A stretch of DNA of 16,545 nucleotides. It comes from Candidatus Bipolaricaulia bacterium (GTDB taxonomy: Bacteria > Bipolaricaulota > Bipolaricaulia > JBHIAT01). A program made the position numbers and the translations under genes. The notes beneath the pieces are model-generated. The model was not told where the DNA came from. It saw only the letters and a list, made by a program, of their open reading frames with translations, and made no database searches. The DNA lies in NCBI GenBank assembly GCA_046758705.1, contig JBHIAT010000073.1, positions 1 through 16,545 on the forward strand, given 5' to 3'. Within the stretch, counting starts at the first letter, position 1, and the number at the start of each line of letters is the position of its first letter. Shown here piece by piece: positions 15,915 to 16,545 of the stretch.

Positions 15915-16322
15915 CTACGCCATCACGTTCGTGATCAGCCGTTGGACATCCTCTAACGTGGCCATCGCCCCGCTCTCCTTCGACTCCATAATGACGAGAG
16001 AGATCAGTTGGGCCTTGCCATCGGTCGCCTCCCGGATCGGATCGTAGAGATCCCGGAGGAAGTGTTGTGCCAAGTTTTCCGGAGTCGGGTTGTAACCGCA
16101 CCAATCGTTCAGGTATTGTCCTTCAGGAAGATAGTCGTTGAGGATTTGCTTGATCCGATCGGTGTCAACCAGGAGGCCAGGGATCTGCTCGTTCCCTTCC
16201 AGGTTCCCCTGTATCTGCAGTCGAATCTCCCAGGTATGATCGTGCGGATCAGAGAAGGAAGTCACTGGATGACCTTCGACCGCATGTGAAGCATCGAACC
16301 GATGGATCACCCACACGAACAT
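15915..16322 (-). CDS. QueD/6-pyruvoyl-tetrahydropterin synthase family protein (T-fold), atypical active site
   Basis: FDASH, HxH (HDH), G.LVD, LND, NPTPENLA and a terminal ES strand. SD GGAGGT. Lacks the CxxxHGH cysteine. Confidence 0.8.
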   Translation of the reverse strand: MFVWVIHRFDASHAVEGHPVTSFSDPHDHTWEIRLQIQGNLEGNEQIPGLLVDTDRIKQILNDYLPEGQYLNDWCGYNPTPENLAQHFLRDLYDPIREATDGKAQLISLVIMESKESGAMATLEDVQRLITNVMA

Positions 16323-16338
16323 GGAGCACCTCCCCTGA

Positions 16339-16368
16339 ATATTAATCGATGGCCGGGCAACCTGTCAA
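16339..16368 (-). promoter_or_regulatory. Possible promoter for the QueD-like gene
   Basis: Minus strand TTGACA-18 nt-TAATAT immediately upstream of the SD, which would give a very short leader. Confidence 0.35.
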
Positions 16369-16495
16369 CCTTCAACCGGGGTCGACGGGGATAACCTAGG
16401 TGCTGTGGACATGGGGTGATCATCCCCCAGACGGCTTATCCTTCCCATCGGTCAGTTGACCAGTTGACAAATAGATGCTAACCATGCTTAATACT

Positions 16496-16530
16496 CTCGG
16501 TTCGCTAACTTTCCTGAGCAAAAACGAAAT
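16496..16530 (+). ncRNA. Probable preQ1-I riboswitch aptamer (controls a gene beyond the window)
   Basis: CUCGG-UUCGCUAACUUUC-CUGAG-CAAAAACGAAAU: 5-bp P1 (one G-U), UUCG..AAC...C loop and A-rich tail. A competing helix 16513-22/16530-39 exists, and the element is adjacent to a QueD-like gene. Confidence 0.62.
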
Positions 16531-16545
16531 TTGTTCAGGCGCTTT

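Noticed and set aside
1-16545. CRISPR array, tRNA/rRNA or tnpA transposase
   Set aside because: No spaced direct repeats, cloverleaf, rRNA-like sequence or HUH/Y1 transposase ORF was seen.

Overview
GC-rich bacterial chromosomal window with almost all genes on the minus strand. It holds housekeeping and ion-homeostasis genes: the 3' end of a PQQ-type sugar dehydrogenase, moaA, two paralogous CBS-ACT (AcuB-like) genes, a Ca2+-type P-type ATPase, a DUF6062 protein, an MFS transporter, citrate synthase, a universal stress protein, trkA-trkH, a DUF4342 protein and an atypical QueD-like protein, plus two hypothetical proteins and an internally deleted D-2-hydroxyacid dehydrogenase. Three structured-RNA systems are not visible in the ORF track. 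(1) A consensus fluoride (crcB) riboswitch at 7590-7635 (-) sits behind a sigma70 promoter. It is followed by what looks like a ~23-codon crcB/Fluc relic and then by hypothetical -> DUF6062 -> P-type ATPase, with no intact fluoride exporter in the window. (2) A non-autonomous IS200/IS605-type OMEGA element at ~14544-15901 (+) carries an omegaRNA/HEARO scaffold, an HNH-less IsrB nickase with intact RuvC residues and matching end hairpins, which lets a guide and TAM be inferred. (3) A probable preQ1-I riboswitch at 16496-16530 (+) lies divergent from the QueD-like gene. All calls come from reading motifs by eye; no searches were run.
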